From: Thalia democratica
Lineage: Eukaryota
DNA: 64,000 nucleotides
Reading direction: 5' to 3'
Assembly: GCA_965202585.1 (NCBI GenBank)
Contig: OZ241826.1
Location: 28,210,001 to 28,274,000 of the forward strand
The position numbers and the translations under genes are program-made. The notes below the pieces were generated by a model. It did not search any database, had not been told where the DNA came from, and saw nothing but the letters and a program-made list of their open reading frames with translations. Position 1 is the first letter of the stretch. Every line of letters begins with the position of its first letter. Below are positions 35,481-50,800 of this stretch, piece by piece.

Positions 35481-38400
35481 GGATATTTTATTTATTTATA
35501 CCAGTAGAGGACAATGAAAAATAAATAGTTTTGTTAATTGCTAGAAAAATGTTGCAAGTTTTTTCTGAATTTAAATGAATTTTAATTAATTTTTTACCAC
35601 TTGAAGGCTTTGTAAAATGAAAATTTTGTAAACTTAGCCTGCCAAATCTGACATTTTTTTATTGTTGTTAATTTTCATGATATTTCCTGACTTTTTTCAA
35701 GACCCCCAATTTTTCCTAATTTACTGACCTTATAGCATACCTGTCAAAAGCTTTTCCAGGTTTTCCAAATTTTTACCAATTTTGTAAAAGTAAACATTTT
35801 TGGGTCTATGATTAGTTTAAAGTTAAGTTTAAGGTAAGAAACTGTTTTAAGTAATATAAAAACATTGAAAATATACTGTTAAGCTACTTTAAATGTATTT
35901 CTAAATACAAACAAACTCTTGATGATGATAAAACGTTTTTATCTATTTGATAAGTTTTTTGGGTCAAATTGAAACTTTGCTACTCAGTTATGATAAAATT
36001 GTAAAAAGTCAAGGTATTTTCAGTGATTATTGTTCAAAGTTCCAGGGTTTTTTCAAAATTTCTTAAATTCAAGGTTTTTTTTGTCTATATTTTCAAATTC
36101 TAGGTTTTACAAGGTTTCCAGGTAAAACAGCAACCCTGACTTACACCATTAACCACAGTTTATTGAAAATATCATTAATAAAACTAAAACCTATGTTAAA
36201 AAATACTTTGGGATACTCTTTATAAAATTAGGCATGTCATGAATGAACAAACTGTATACAAGAACAGAAACAAAGACTTACAAATAAGTACAAAATTTAA
36301 CAACTTTAGAAAAAAACTTTAACTGGAATAGAAAAAATGTAACTAATCAAATCATAAGGAATATATTTGAAAGTGTATATATTAAGTTGAAAACTATTTA
36401 ATGTATACATAAAACATCAATATTTAATAAACTTTGAATAACTAAAAACACAAATTTTTATTTAAACAAATTTTGCAACAGTAAGGGTGTCTATAATGAT
36501 CTCCTCTACAACAAATGAATATTAAAATATGACTATTGTATGCTAATGCAAACTTGCATCAGTGAAACACGTGACCTTGCAAGCTTTCTCTTAAACGCTT
36601 GGATGAACAAGAGCTTTAACTTAAAAATTTTATTAAATTTACACTGTTATCAAATGCAGTTTTATATCCTGTTCCACATCCTCTTCTACTTTTGGAAGAA
36701 AATCTTCAATCTACTTCTTCTCTGCCTTTTTGTTAAAAATTATGCATTACTCTTCCTTTAAAAAAAAAACATATCAAAATATAACTTGGTCTCAAAACTG
36801 ATACTAATGCTATTCAAAAATTCTTTATGTATACTAAATTTAAAAATCAACTAATCTTTAATTCTGAGAAGTTTTTAATTTATAATAATAGTAAAAATTT
36901 ATTGTGTCTTAATAAGAAAAACTCATCGTCTCACTTAAACTTTTCATTTTACTTTTAAAAATAATATCAAATAGTTGTTACAACCTATTATAAAGGTTGC
37001 GGCATTTGAAACGGATAAGTCTAAAAAATACAAAAAAACACTTAAATGTCGTGATAATCCCTTTAATAGTGACTTACTAGAAATTTCTAAATATCTCAGG
37101 GTGTTACTGGTCTTTTCTGTCTTATTAACTTATAAATATTATCGTTTTTATTATGCTATTAAGATTTAAGTACCTTACATAATTTAATATGACTCACTTT
37201 ACCTTAAAATTGATCACCATTTTTTTGTGATTACTTGTAAATTATAAATTGTCGATACTCGTGTTAATTGAATAGACCTTATCTTTGTGAGTTTTATTTT
37301 AACTCTTTTTTTTGCATGTTCTATAGTGACTTATGGTATCAAGTTATTTCAGTTCTTTTTTTTGCTCTGTTGACTAAAAATTTGTCAGTTCTTTTTTAGC
37401 TCTGTTGACTTAAAACTTATTAATTCTATTTTATCTTTAAATGCTTAAAACTTGTCACCAACTTTAGGTTATTTACTAGGACTAAAACTCTGTTAACACC
37501 ATTTCAACTTTATTTTATCCCTATAGTACTTTTATTAATATAACTTTTTACTGTATGTTGATTTAACAACCATCTATTGTTTCGGTTACGGTCAAATTTT
37601 AAATGCTTTTAAAAACATGAAAAGGTAAATGTAAGTATTGCTTTTTAAACAAAAGATGTAAAATTTACAGTGAAATTTATCTTAATTAGGTTTTCCCGAA
37701 CTTTTGTCAAAATGCCCACTTTTTAGAAATTAAAAAAAATATGGCTACTTCTATTAAGGTTTCTTAAAAAGTTATTATTAAAAATACCTCAGACTTTTTT
37801 TTATTATCATCTATAGTATCTAGCGTAGATTTCAAATCATTTTTGTTTTTTTCACTATAATAGAGTTGCCGGCAACTCTTCAAATTATAAAAAATTGTAT
37901 TTTGTCCAACCTTTTTTTTAATGTTATTTCTAAAAAATTTTTATAGTTCGAAAAAAATCAATAAAAGCTAGGTTTTTTAACAAAGTTATTTATAAAACAA
38001 CAAAGCATTGAAATTAAATCATGTAAATATCATTTAAAAGAGCATAATATAAAAGCATAGAACTTTGCAATTCTTGGTTTATAAAAAGCTAACATTTCGG
38101 CAGCTTTGTGAATGCTGCTTAGTTTTTTACCTTTAGATGACTTGTATTCGAAATAAAATTTTAGCTCAGCTTATTTTTTTTAGCGCAAAATAATTTAAGT
38201 TATACTTTTTTTTAAAACAAATTTGTATATGTTTTACTTCAAGTTATTATTTCTAATTAGATTTTTTCTAAAGTTTTTTTTGTCCCTAGTTTAATGTCCC
38301 TGCTACTTATTTTTTATGGTTTCTGATTTGTTAACTGCACTGAGCTTGTCTTAGTATCATAATTTAAAAATTCAAACACAAGGCCTACAGTGAAGGTTAA

Positions 38401-41400
38401 CACTAAATTTACTGTAAAAATGGTTTTTACAACTAACTAAAAATAATCATAAATGTTTACATAGGTATTCAAAAATAGAGTTAAACTTAGGATAGCATTT
38501 TTACAAAGTCTGACTCAATATAGTTTGTTTAATCAGTTTAGTTTTTAGTTTCTATTAAGTCTCAGGAAAAATCTTTCACTAGATTTTGAATTATATTAAG
38601 TTAATTTGGTTTAAATATTTTTTTTCCTTAACAGCCAATTTTGTTGATGAACAACATTTTTAGAAAAAAAAAACAATATTTAAGGTTTGAACAAATTCAG
38701 GAGAGATTTTGGTTACTTTAGACATGACAATAAGCTGTAGAATGATTAAAATGTATTTACAAACATTAGTTTTTAAAATCTGGTATCTAAAGTTGTTTTG
38801 TTCTTACAGAGAGCCCATGCAACATGAATTTTTTTTTTCAATTTCTGAAAATTTTATTGACATAAAATAAAGACAAAATAAAATAATAAATTTAAGCTTA
38901 AATACATTGAAATAAACTGACAGTAAAAAGCAAAAAATAAGTGGACTTGATTTAATTTTTGTATAATAGACAGAGTGGCCACTTTACCTGGAAACCTGAA
39001 GAAACCTGGAATTTGAGAAATTTTGCAAAAAAATCTGGAAAAACAGAAGTTTAAACAAAAAACACTAAAAAACCTTGAGTTTTTACAGTTTTAACATGTT
39101 CAGTAGTATAATTTCGATTTGACTCAAAAAATATATCATATAGAATAAAAGTTGTGGTCATCATTAGTAATTTTTATAAAATAAAAACACATTTAAAGTG
39201 GTTTTACAGTATCTTTTTAATGTTTTTATACTATTAAATACAGTTTCTTACATTAAAACTAGCTTTAAACTAAAAATAGACCCAAAAGGTGTACTTTTAA
39301 AAATTTTGAAAAAATTTGGAAAACTGTAAAAAGATTTGCAAAAAACGAGTGTCAACCTAAATAAACTAAAAAAACATGCAATTTATTTTCTTTCTGTTAC
39401 CTTACCTAAATTTATCTCGAAATATTATGATGAAAATAGTATAAAGATTTATCTATTCAATTTTTAATGTCAAAAACCATCTTCAAGATCAAAAACCATC
39501 TTCAAGAATTCAACAATCGTACTTTAAAGGATTTTAAACTATTTTATTACCACTTGAAGACTTTAAAAAATTAGGAATTTTGTAAATTTAAACTGACAAA
39601 ATCAGACTTTTTTTTTATTTTTTTAATATACGGACTTTTCCAGAATTTTCTTCAAAACCTCCTATTTTTCCTTGGCTTTTCTTTATTTCCTGACGTTGTA
39701 GCAACCCTGTCGCAACTTTTCAAATTTTTCCAAACTTTTTCCCAGATTTTTAAAGTACACATTTTTGGGTTTATATTTTGTTTAAAGTTAAGTTTAAGGT
39801 AAGAAACTGTGTTAAATAATAAAAATACATTGAAAAGAAACTTTAAAGCTACAGTAAATATATTTCAAAAAATCTTGATGATGACAAAACCTTTTTATCT
39901 ATTTGATATATTTTTAGAGACAAATCGAAATTTTACCACTTAGTAACATAAAAATTGTTAAAATTCAAGGCTTTTTCAGTAGATATTGTTAAAATTCAAG
40001 TTTTTTTTAAAATTTCTAAAATTCCAGGTTTTTTTTGCCTACATTGTCAAATTCCAGGTTTACAAGGTTTCCAGGTAAAATGGCAACCCAGACCCACGCT
40101 ATTAACCACAATAAATAGATAATTACATTTGTGAAACTAAAAGCTATACTAAATAATACTAAGTGCTACTGTATATAAAACTAGGCATGTCATAAATGAA
40201 CATATCTTTCACAAAAAACAGATACAAACACTTAAAAATTTATAAAAATAAAAACTTTAGATCATTATGATCTAAAGTTCTAGTATAAAGATTTATCTAT
40301 TCAATTTTTAATGTCAAAAACTATCTTCAAGAATTTCTCGTTTACTTTTAACTTAAAAAAAATGGTTATTTATCTTATATAACAGGCCACTCAACACTAT
40401 AACTAAATGTTTTAAATCTCGTTGAAAACCCATAGGTAAACAGTATAGTAAACTTAAGTTTTTAATGATAAAAAAAAATTTAGTATTAGATTTTACTCCA
40501 AGTTAATTTATTATACGTGTTACTTTTTTTCCTCCTTTATAATGGCAGGGTTGTGTTTATTTTCCAACAAAAAGGAATAGGAAAAGTAGAGTAAGGATTC
40601 TCTTCAAAAAAAATGAAGAGGAAGTTAAACTGGAAATAAAATTTCATTTGATAACTGTTTAAATTTAAAAACAGTTTTTAAGCTGGAGCTCTTGTTCTTC
40701 CAAGTGTTTAAGTAAATGCTTGCAAGATCACGTGTTTTACTGATGCAAGTTTGCATTTGCATACAATAGCCATATATTAATACTGTTTTATTGTATAGGA
40801 AATCATTCTAGACACCCTAACTGCTGCTAAAACTTTGTTCAGTAAAAGTTTGTGTTTTTTTATTCAGAGTATTTTTTTTCTAAACAATATTGTTTTTTAT
40901 ATTCAGTAAACGATTTATAATTCAATTATTCATTTTAAAGTATAATCCTTATAAATTTGTTTTAAATAAAATTTCTATATTCCAGTGAAAGTTATGATCT
41001 AAAGTTTTTATTTTTATAAATTGTTAAGTGTTTTACTGTTTTTTGTGAAAGATATGTTCATTTATGACATGCCTAGTTTTATATACAGTAGCACTAAGTA
41101 TTATTTAGTATAGCTTTTAGTTTTATAAATGTAATTATCTATTTATTGTGGTTAATGGTGTGGGTCTAGGTTGCCATTTTGCTGTAAAACTGGTAAAACC
41201 TGGAATTTGACAATTTAGGCAAAAAAAACCAGGAATTTTGGAAATTTTGAAAAAAACATGAATTTTAACAATAATTACTGAAAAAGCCTTGAGTTTTAAC
41301 AATTTTTATGTTACTAAGTGGTAAAATTTCGATTTGTCTCTAAAAATATATCAAATAGATAAAAAGGTTTTATCATCATCAAGTTTTTTTAAATATTTTT

Positions 41401-43630
41401 ACTGTAGCTTTAAAGTTTATTTTCAATGTATTTTTATTATTTAACACAGTTTCTTACCTTAAACTTAACTTTAAAAAAAAAAAACCCAAAATGTGTACTT
41501 TTAAAATCTTGGAAAATTTTGGAAAACCTGGAAAAATCGCGACAGGGTTGCTACAACGTCAGGAAATAAAGGAAAGTCAGGGAAAAATAGGGGGTTTTGA
41601 AGAAAATTCTGGAAAAGTCCGGAGTATTGAAAAAATTTTTTAAAAGTCTGATTTTGTCAGTTTAAATTTACAAAATTCCAAATTTTTTAAAGCCTTCAAG
41701 TGGTAATAAAATAGTTAAAAATCCTTTAAAGTAAGATTTAAGTTTCAAATTTTTCCTAGAAATTGACAAATTTTTTTAGTTCTCATTACACTCATCAGGT
41801 ATAAATTAATAAAATATCCTTTATCTAATTATCATTATATTATAATTAATATTGTTATGAAATATCCTAAAATTGTTATTTTTACCTGTATTAAAAAAAC
41901 ATTAAAAGCTTCATATTATTTCAAGTGTTAGATTATGTATTTTAGAATAAGTTTGAATTAAGAGAATCATTTAGAAAAGTCATGAAATGTCAGGAAGAAA
42001 TGGAGGTTTTGAAAAAATGTCAAGAAATGTCAAAAAAATTGACAAAAATAAAAGAAAGTCAGAATTTATTATTATAAATTTACAAAATTCTTTACTTTAC
42101 AAATCCTTCAAATAGTAATACAACAATAAATAGTAATAGTGAATTAACTATACAAATAAACTGTGAGCTGAGATTACTGTTTAAGTAAACTTATAATAAA
42201 TAATATAGTTTTAAAGTAAACATAAAAGTATGTACTTTTTTTACATAACTTCAAATATTTTCTGCTTCTTTTAAATAATTTTTTAGGCTTAAATGTAATT
42301 TTAAGCTAAGGATTTTTTTACTCGATAAATGCGTAGTGTCTAGTGTTACATTATGTTATTTTTGTTTTATAACTTACAACAAATAAATTAAGTTTACTGA
42401 ACAAATAATTTTTTGTGCATCATATCTTTGAACCAAACATTTTGAGCGTTTTTATTTGTATTTCAAAAAATTTTGTATGATTGTATTAACTTTTTTAAAT
42501 TTTTTTATGTTATATAATACTATATAAATTTTTTTTATGTTATTTAAAAATATATAATAGTTAAATATAAACTTGACTAAGTATTTCAATCAAAATATTA
42601 TGTGAAAAATAAAAATTAAAAAATTTAACACTATATACTAATAATACTTAAAATCCTTCAGCTCACAACAATTTTACTTTTAACTCATTAAAAAACATTG
42701 TGAGCTGTTTTCCTAATGTTTTCATGTTTGCTACAAATATTGTTTTTCTCGTTTTATGAATTAAATCTAACTTGCATTTTAAATTGTAATTTTCAAATAT
42801 TTTCCACTGAATTTTTTTTAAGGTATAGGATTAAACTGTATTTTAATTTTTATGTTGTTAGAAAAGGTTTTCGGAACATCGTGAATAATATTTTTAAAGT
42901 AAACAGAAAACTATACTAACTTTCTTTTCATTCATTTTATTAGTTGTTTTATTTTTTTGATTTCAAAGTTCTAGTTTATACAATAATAGGTTTTATTTAC
43001 TCGTAAGAAATTTTAAAAGCATGTGGTCGGATAACAAAAGTTACAAGTTTTTTTAGTTTTATTATCACTCTTACTACTAACCCTTACCCTTGATTGGTAA
43101 CGTTGTTTTTTTTATAAAAAAATAATTATTATTTTTTTAATTAGTTTCATTTCTACTTCCGTGCAAAAATTACTTTTCGTACAGAAGTGTCTTAGTGCAA
43201 AATTGTCCCATCGTGCATATTTGACCCGTTTCCCCTTAGATCAAACACTTAATGTAATTTTTTATCATTTTAAAAACATTATATAAATATAAAAGCAATA
43301 AGTAAGTTTAGTATTAAAAGCATTGTCTGTACATTAACTAATTACTTGGTTAGAAAAAATGAACTATTTACATGAGTTAGATAGATTTACATTTAAGTGT
43401 AAAAAGCAGTCAAAGAATATTTATACACAGTTCTTCTAGAACCCAAACTATTTATAGTGGTTTTAGAAGTTTAAAATTATTTTATACCTATCTGAGATAA
43501 GTATTTATATATATATTTATTTTTGTTATTACTGTGTATTCGTTTATATAACATTACTTACATATAACAAGAAAAAATTAGAAAGTTTTTTAAAATTAGA
43601 ATTTATTACAGATTATTTAGTAAAAACATC

Positions 43631-45346
43631 ATGTACTCAAACGAAGAATGTTTAGATAAGACAATCTCGCAGTTTCCTGGTCCTCAGAACTATTTGCGCC
43701 GTCTGTGCGAAAAAGAAAAGCAAATGACAAATTTTAAAATCGAAGAAATGGTTAAATATTTTGAAACGGAAAAAGAAGAATTGGTGGAAGCAGCTGTCGA
43801 TTTGTTTGAATGCGGATCTTCGGCTTTAAAAAAAGCTCTTTCAAAGGATTCCAAGCACGAGCTTTAACTGTTAGAAAGCGACGATCCGGATTACGATCTG
43901 TTGAAAGCATCTCTCGGTTTGAGTCAATTGAAAAAGTACTCAAATGAAAACGTCGCTCTTAGGATTTACAGGGTCAAATCAAATGTTGAACGTTGCGGAT
44001 GTCCGAGCTTGCTGCTTCTGCATGGCACCAAAGGGAACAACGTCGAGGGAATCTTGAGAGAAGGACTGAGGCCTTCGTCGTCCGGCAAACATGGCCCCGG
44101 CATTTATTTGACAAACAGCTTTGAAATTGCTCACAATTACGGTCAAAACTACGTGGAAGACGATGGGATCGTAAAAGATTTGACGTACTTGTTTGTTAGC
44201 AAAGTGAAAGAGACGCTTGAAAGTTCAAGTTGTCTTTGCGGAGAGTGTAAAGAAGATCAGTATATTACTCACAAATCGTTATTCGGTAAGAAGACAACTT
44301 CAACTAAGTTTATAAACTCGTCGTTTCTCAATCTTGACTCCAGTTTGAGTTACGAGCCCGTTTTAAAAGTTTTTGATGGAAATTTGCATTCCAACAAACA
44401 AGTTCAATTGGAAGACTTTCAAGCCCGAGAGTTTGACAACGACGGAAGCAGAATTCTTTCGGGCACTTTTCAAGTAAGTGAAGTCGATAAAAAAATATTT
44501 GTGGCTCACCACGATCTAGTAACTCTCGAATACTTTATAGAAATCGAAGTAAAACAAAGTGCACGCAAGCTTGCGAAACATATTTTGTACGACGAACTCT
44601 GCCAGTTCAAGTTTTCAATAGACCCGCAAATTTCAGATCTGCCAAAAGACACGTTGATCGAAAACAGTCATGTCAGTTCTGAAGACTGCTCCATGAACAC
44701 TTTTGTTGCTGAGCTCGAAAAAGAAATAAGCGCCAATAAGCAGGCAGAAGTAGAATATACAAAGCATCAGTTTGAACGCAAAGTGAACTCATTCATGCAG
44801 CAACTGTTGTTCGATACGAGCAGCATATTGGAAACCAACGGTTGCGCCAAGTACAAATCGGTGCTGCTGCAAGCTTCAGATCCAGATCACCAGTTTGTGC
44901 TCGGGTCGATTAACGGAATGAGCCCGAACGCGGCAATCCAGAAAATTTTCAGGATCAACCCAGTCGACAAAAGCAAAAAGATGCACGGAGGCTTGCTCTA
45001 CCTGCGGGGAGTCAAATCCCACGACGTGCCAAAAGTTCTGGCAAGAGGCTACCAGGCAAGCGACGAGGATGTGTTCGAACAATGCGAATGTGGACCCAGC
45101 TGCTATTCTAGCTACGCATCCGACGTCTTGAAATGTGAACTTTTACTTGGGTTAAGCCACTGCGTCACGAACAGACAGGTCGAAAAGCTGTCGTTTGTCT
45201 TAGTGGTTAGGGATGGAAAACGCGCAGACAATGTAGCTTTTCTCAACTCTGACACTAGAGGGTGCTGTTTTAAAACCGGGTTGCAAATAATACATCAGCC
45301 GATTGGCCTTATTCCGGCTTATTTAGTTGTTTTTAGCGTTCAATAG
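43631..45346 (+). pseudogene. PARP/ARTD-like paralog copy 4 with a single in-frame nonsense codon (TAA 43865-43867, CAA in copy 2)
   Basis: ORFs 43631-43867 and 43901-45346 are in the same frame. The sequence reads ctt TAA ctg versus ctt caa ctg in copy 2. The remaining ~490 codons are open and include both domains. Confidence 0.85.
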
Positions 45347-46134
45347 ACTTTCTATAAATTATCTTAACACAATTAAAACGACAGCAATTTTCGTTTAAAC
45401 ATTTAAAAGTAACTGTTGTTTGAAGTATTTAGAAAGTTCTATACGTTATTTTTATACAGTTTTTTTTTAATAAACAGTAATTTAAAATAGTAACTAACAT
45501 GATATTTTCTTAAATTCTCAGGTTTGTTTGAAAAATATGAAAGTAAATTTACTTCCTAACTAAAAAATTTTCGATAGTTTTTACAGGTTTATCATTTAAC
45601 CAATCAGCTAACTTGATTGATTATAGCTATGGTAGATTTGTAACAAAAAAACTTTACTGTTGTCTTTCTATTTTAGACACGATTAACTAAAACATTGGCT
45701 AAAGTCTTGAGAGCCTAAGCCTGGACTTGTTTATGCCATAAGACAAGCTGAAGTTTTTCAATAAGGAAATTATAACTGACAAGTTGGCCATGTCTCATAA
45801 TTTTTATTAAATAACACCCGTGATAAGTTTTAACCTCGCTTTGAGGTTGTATTACTTTCGAAATAGTAAAACACCTCTTTTAGTTTAACTTTGTTAGTAA
45901 ATATTTACATATTTGCGATGTGTTAAAACTGTTAATTAAATAAAATTTTGTAATATTTTTTAACAGTTAAAAACAAACAATATCTAGTTCTTCCTTTTTC
46001 AACAATATTATTGTTTATTGAACGACAAAAAACGCTTATAAAGTTTGGTCCGATGATCTGATGCATAAAAATCCTTTCAATTATCGAGTTATACACCAAA
46101 ACTTCATGTCCAGGACAGACTATTAAACGTTTTC

Positions 46135-47160
46135 AGGGTCATTTCAAGCGAAATTGCGTTGCACGTAAGACTAATATTGTCAACATTTAAAAAATACTAA
46201 GTCATTTAGCATATATGACTTGTTACTAAAGACTAAAGCTAATGTATTTTTTATGCTTCTACATGGTACTTAAACACTGCTAGTTTTTTATTACTTATAT
46301 TGCTTTTTTTGCATTTATAACTTTGCATTATTGTCAATATATTTCCAAAAAAAACTACAAAGTGTTATTCTTCCACGATCATAATTTTTTCAAACATGGT
46401 TAAAATTACTGCAGAAAAAATTAATTATTGTATGTTTTTTCATTAGGACACGGTTAAATACAATTACTAAATTATAACGTAAACTAAGTAACAAAATGTA
46501 TAACAAAACTGTTATGTCTAATTAAAAAATCAAATAAAAGATATATCAGGCTAGGTTTTGATTTAAATTGTATAACATTTTTATTAAGAATTAAAAAATG
46601 TTTATGATACTTATAAATAGTAAAAAAAATACAAACATTTTCCCCTTTCAAAAACTAATGTTTTTAGGGTCATTTCAAGCGAAATTGCGTAGCACGTAAG
46701 ACTAGTAGTGTCAGCTTTTTAAAAGTACCTATATCATTTAGCATTTATGCCATTTAATTAAAGACTAAAGCTAATTTATTTTTTATTTTTGTGCATGGTA
46801 TCTACACAGTGCTAATCTGTTATTAATTTAAGTGCATGTTTTTTCTGGCAGTAATAGCTGTTTTGGTATTTGTTTTTATAACACAAATAAATATTTAAAG
46901 TTTTATTCGTCCACGGTCATATTTTTTTTTACTTTTGTTAAAATTACTGTAGAAAATGTTGACTATAATTTGTTTATATTTGGAAAGGTTTAAATACAAT
47001 TGATAAATTACAACGCAAATTAAGTAAGAGGATGTAAAAAAAACTGTGATATTTAGCGTAATAATGTATGCATATAATAATTGCAAGTTTAACAGAATAA
47101 AAAAATTAACAAATTTAATTTGTCTGAAAACTTCAGGTTTCAAGCTTGAAAATATAAACT
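46135..47160 (+). repeat. Degenerate tandem duplication (~530-bp units starting agggtcatttcaagcgaaattgcgt at 46135 and 46666); inverted homologues near 30500-30850 and 59090-59130
   Basis: Shared anchors gggtcatttcaagcgaaattgcgt(t/a)gcacgtaagacta, aaagactaaagctaat and ccacg(a/g)tcata. Confidence 0.75.
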
Positions 47161-50100
47161 TTTTTAAATATAAAGTCTCTAAATTAAAACAAACGCGTCA
47201 TTTCATATTATTTTTTAATTAGTTACGTTGTATTTTTTAAACCCATGCGAGTTTTTAATTAAGAGTTGAAAAATAGCTGAAACATTATTTAAGTTGTTCT
47301 AAGTAATCTCTCAACTACTAAAATTTTTTAGACTAAACATACTAAAGTTAAAAACGTTGCACAAAAGAGGAAAGTAAACAAAAGTGCTTTAAAGCAATAA
47401 AGCAATTTCTGGTTGTATTGTACAATGGTAAACGTTTCTAGGTGGTGTATGGGTTATAATGACTTGATTTATGTTGTTGAACGTTGTAAAATAAAAACTC
47501 GCTAATCAACACATATGCAAAACAAAATCGTTTTTTTTCTTCATTTTTTTTATAAAATTGGTTCTGCTTAGTAATACAGTTTTTAACATGGATACAATAA
47601 TTTTCATAGAAGAGACGTTTTTAGTTACATACAAGTTGGAATTGGTTGGTATTATAACAATTAACAAGTTAAGATCGCAAACTGACATTACATCGTTACT
47701 TTGGGTTTAAAAATGTTTTATCATTAAATTTTGTCGCTTCAACACTTTCTTAGTTGTTTTTTATATAAATAGTTATTGAGTAATAAGTTGACCTGAGCTA
47801 ATTAAAACAAAAGCCTTGTTTCTTTATAATGCCAAGAAATTTATATAATATTCATAAGCTTTTAAACTTATTTTGAAAGACATTACTTAAATGGTACAAT
47901 GAAAAGACTCAAACCGTACTTTAGTGATCTATTTAATTTAATTAAGTAAATATTATCATTATACTTAAACGACAAATTTTATTTTATCATTATAAATTTC
48001 GAAATGATATCTAAACTAAAGTAAATGTGCTAAGTGTTAATTTTAAAGGACAAGTAGAAAAAACAATTGCAGAAGTTTATAAAAATCAATTATCTAAAGT
48101 TGTTTTACTTAATGTTTTTATAAAGATTTAAAACAATATACAGATATTATATTGTTTGTAAACAAATATTTTGACCTTAAGGATTTTAATTTGTAGAAGT
48201 AATTTTTATTTTTTTAAACAAATTACTAGTATTAAAAAAAAGATAATTTTGACTTGATTTTATTTAATTCCATACTCTAAAGTAGTCACCAAACAATGCC
48301 AGCGTAGGCCTCGCTTGCTAGGTAAAGTCCCAAAGATGAATGATGAGCGCATTACTCGCTCAGTAGTTTTTCTGTACAACGAGGTGGTAGCAAACATATA
48401 TAAAATAAACCAAAACTACGTCACAATGACGTTAACGGGCGTAAACTAGTGCTCGTTTTATTGTATAATGATAAAGAGTTAAATGCATTGTAAAAGGTGA
48501 TAATTATTATTGAACAAAAATGACAAAGAATTTTAAACTAAGTTTTTCTTTTATCTATAATGTATTTAATAGAAAAACTTTACGAGTTTGTTCGAGTTAA
48601 CAGAAAATAAAACTCGTAATGTATATTTTGCTAAAAAAATATGAAAACACTTAAAATAGCAGTGTTGTTCATTAAAGCTTAACATTAAACTTTGTCTTTA
48701 AATCAGCGCAACACTTTAATCAGTTTACCTTAAAACTGTTTTTATAATATTTACATAATTTGCTTAGCTGTTGCTTTTAACTCTATTAGATGCAACTGAC
48801 TTACTAGAAAGCCTTCTGCTACAGAATGTTTTATTCATACGATAATTCTGATTAGAGCTTCTAAATAGTTTCAACTTGTGAATCATTAAAAACATTAAAT
48901 AATACCAATAAACTTTATAATTTTTTTAAATAGTTTCTTACGTTGTCACTCTTTGAAATTATTATTTCAGCCAGACACATTAAACTTATGAAGAAAATGA
49001 CAAAAATTATAGAAAAATTTTCATCAAGCATTTCAATAAAAAAATTCTAACAACCAATGACGACGTGTGGGAGAGAACATTGAAGCAGTAATAATGAAAA
49101 AATCAGTATTAAGTGTTTTAGTTTTATCCTTAAAGCTTTTAGTTTCCCTGCTAATGTTGTTTCTCTTAAGTATGAATATTTAGTGGTCGGATACAGAAAC
49201 TATTCCTTTTTTTTGAAATAACTTTATACTACCATTAAGCAGATTATCAATTACAAAGATATAAAGAAATCTAAGGTTCTTTTATACATAAATCTACAAT
49301 TGATATGAGTTGGTAATAAAAAAAAATTACAAGCAATTTTAATCGTTTCAGATAGTTAAAATAAATTGGTTAATTTAAAAGTTTTAAAGATTTTTTTCAA
49401 AAATTTATAGTACCTCTAAAATTATAAACATGTAGACCAAATTTATATCACAAAATAACCATATACAACAAAGCAAACACAGCAAGTTGAACAACAAAAA
49501 AAAAAAGAAATTTCAAAAACGATAATAACTTTTTAGAAAAATAAATTAAACATCAAAAGGATGATTTGAAATGGGGGCATAGGGGTGCGAGCTCGTTTCT
49601 TAAAATTAATTATTTTTCTTTCGTTATATTTGGTAATTGCTGTTCTCAAAAACTGCAATGACGCCTATTTCTGATTTTTTGAGGATCGCATTGTGCATAG
49701 TAGTCCGTGAGATATTGCTGCAGTAAAGATTATTTTTCATTATATATGCAAAGTTTTTTGGGTAAATAAGTTACACTTGAAAATACGTTTTTACTTGTTT
49801 TATATCGTCTTTAGAACCACCTCATTGTGCTTATCAGTTGTGTTTTTATAGAAAATCTTATTGTAGCTTTAAACATTATTATCATTAAAAGGGCGTTGCG
49901 TGTTATTTTTGCAGCTGTAGTTTATCTTGGTTTACTTTACTAGCGACTTCCAACCATTGAATGAATTCAAACGTATTACACAGCCCAGAAACAACATATT
50001 CAGAGACCAAAAAAACTTCCAACCCCTATACTGCAATTCTGTCAAAACCAAAGTCGGTAAAGAATTCTTCTAGCTTGTTAATAAATATTTATCAAAAGGC

Positions 50101-50800
50101 TTTAAGCTACATTAGACATTCCGCATAAAAAATATCAAAATAATTATAGAAATATCTCGGAAGGCTCTTGGCTATAAATGATATTTAATAAAAAAGCTAT
50201 CAAAGTCTTTTAAAGGTCTTATGCTAATGTAAAAAAAACTATCCGAACGCAAAAATAAAGCTAGGGTAACCCTTGTTCAGCTGCTAAACTCTGCAGCTGC
50301 AAAGATTTTTGGCTTGAAAGTTAGAAGACAAAGTAAAAAATGTTATTCAATTAATAACTAAGGTGATGTATTCAAAAAACTTTTACCTGGTAGATTTTAA
50401 CAATCTTTAAAACTCACAAAAAAATTAAAACATTAAACAGAAAAATTTACATAGGTGTTGAACATTTTTACATTTTTTTATCATTGAACCACAATTTACT
50501 TCAGTAGTAATGTTTATACCAGTTAAATAACTACTAATGAAAAAATCCTATATTACCTATAAAGCTACTTAAAGTAAAACTATAAAAAATTGTTTAAATA
50601 TAACAAAATATTACCGATTATTAAACAAGTATTACAATAAAATTTGATGATAGCTGCAAAAATAAAAAAATAAAAAAACATCTAAATCATTTTTTATTGA
50701 TATTTGTTTAAAATGTGGAACTATATACAGAATTTCATGTACAAGTATTGCTAACATTAGTATATATAGTATAGGTAGAAAAATATAAAGAATAAAAAAG

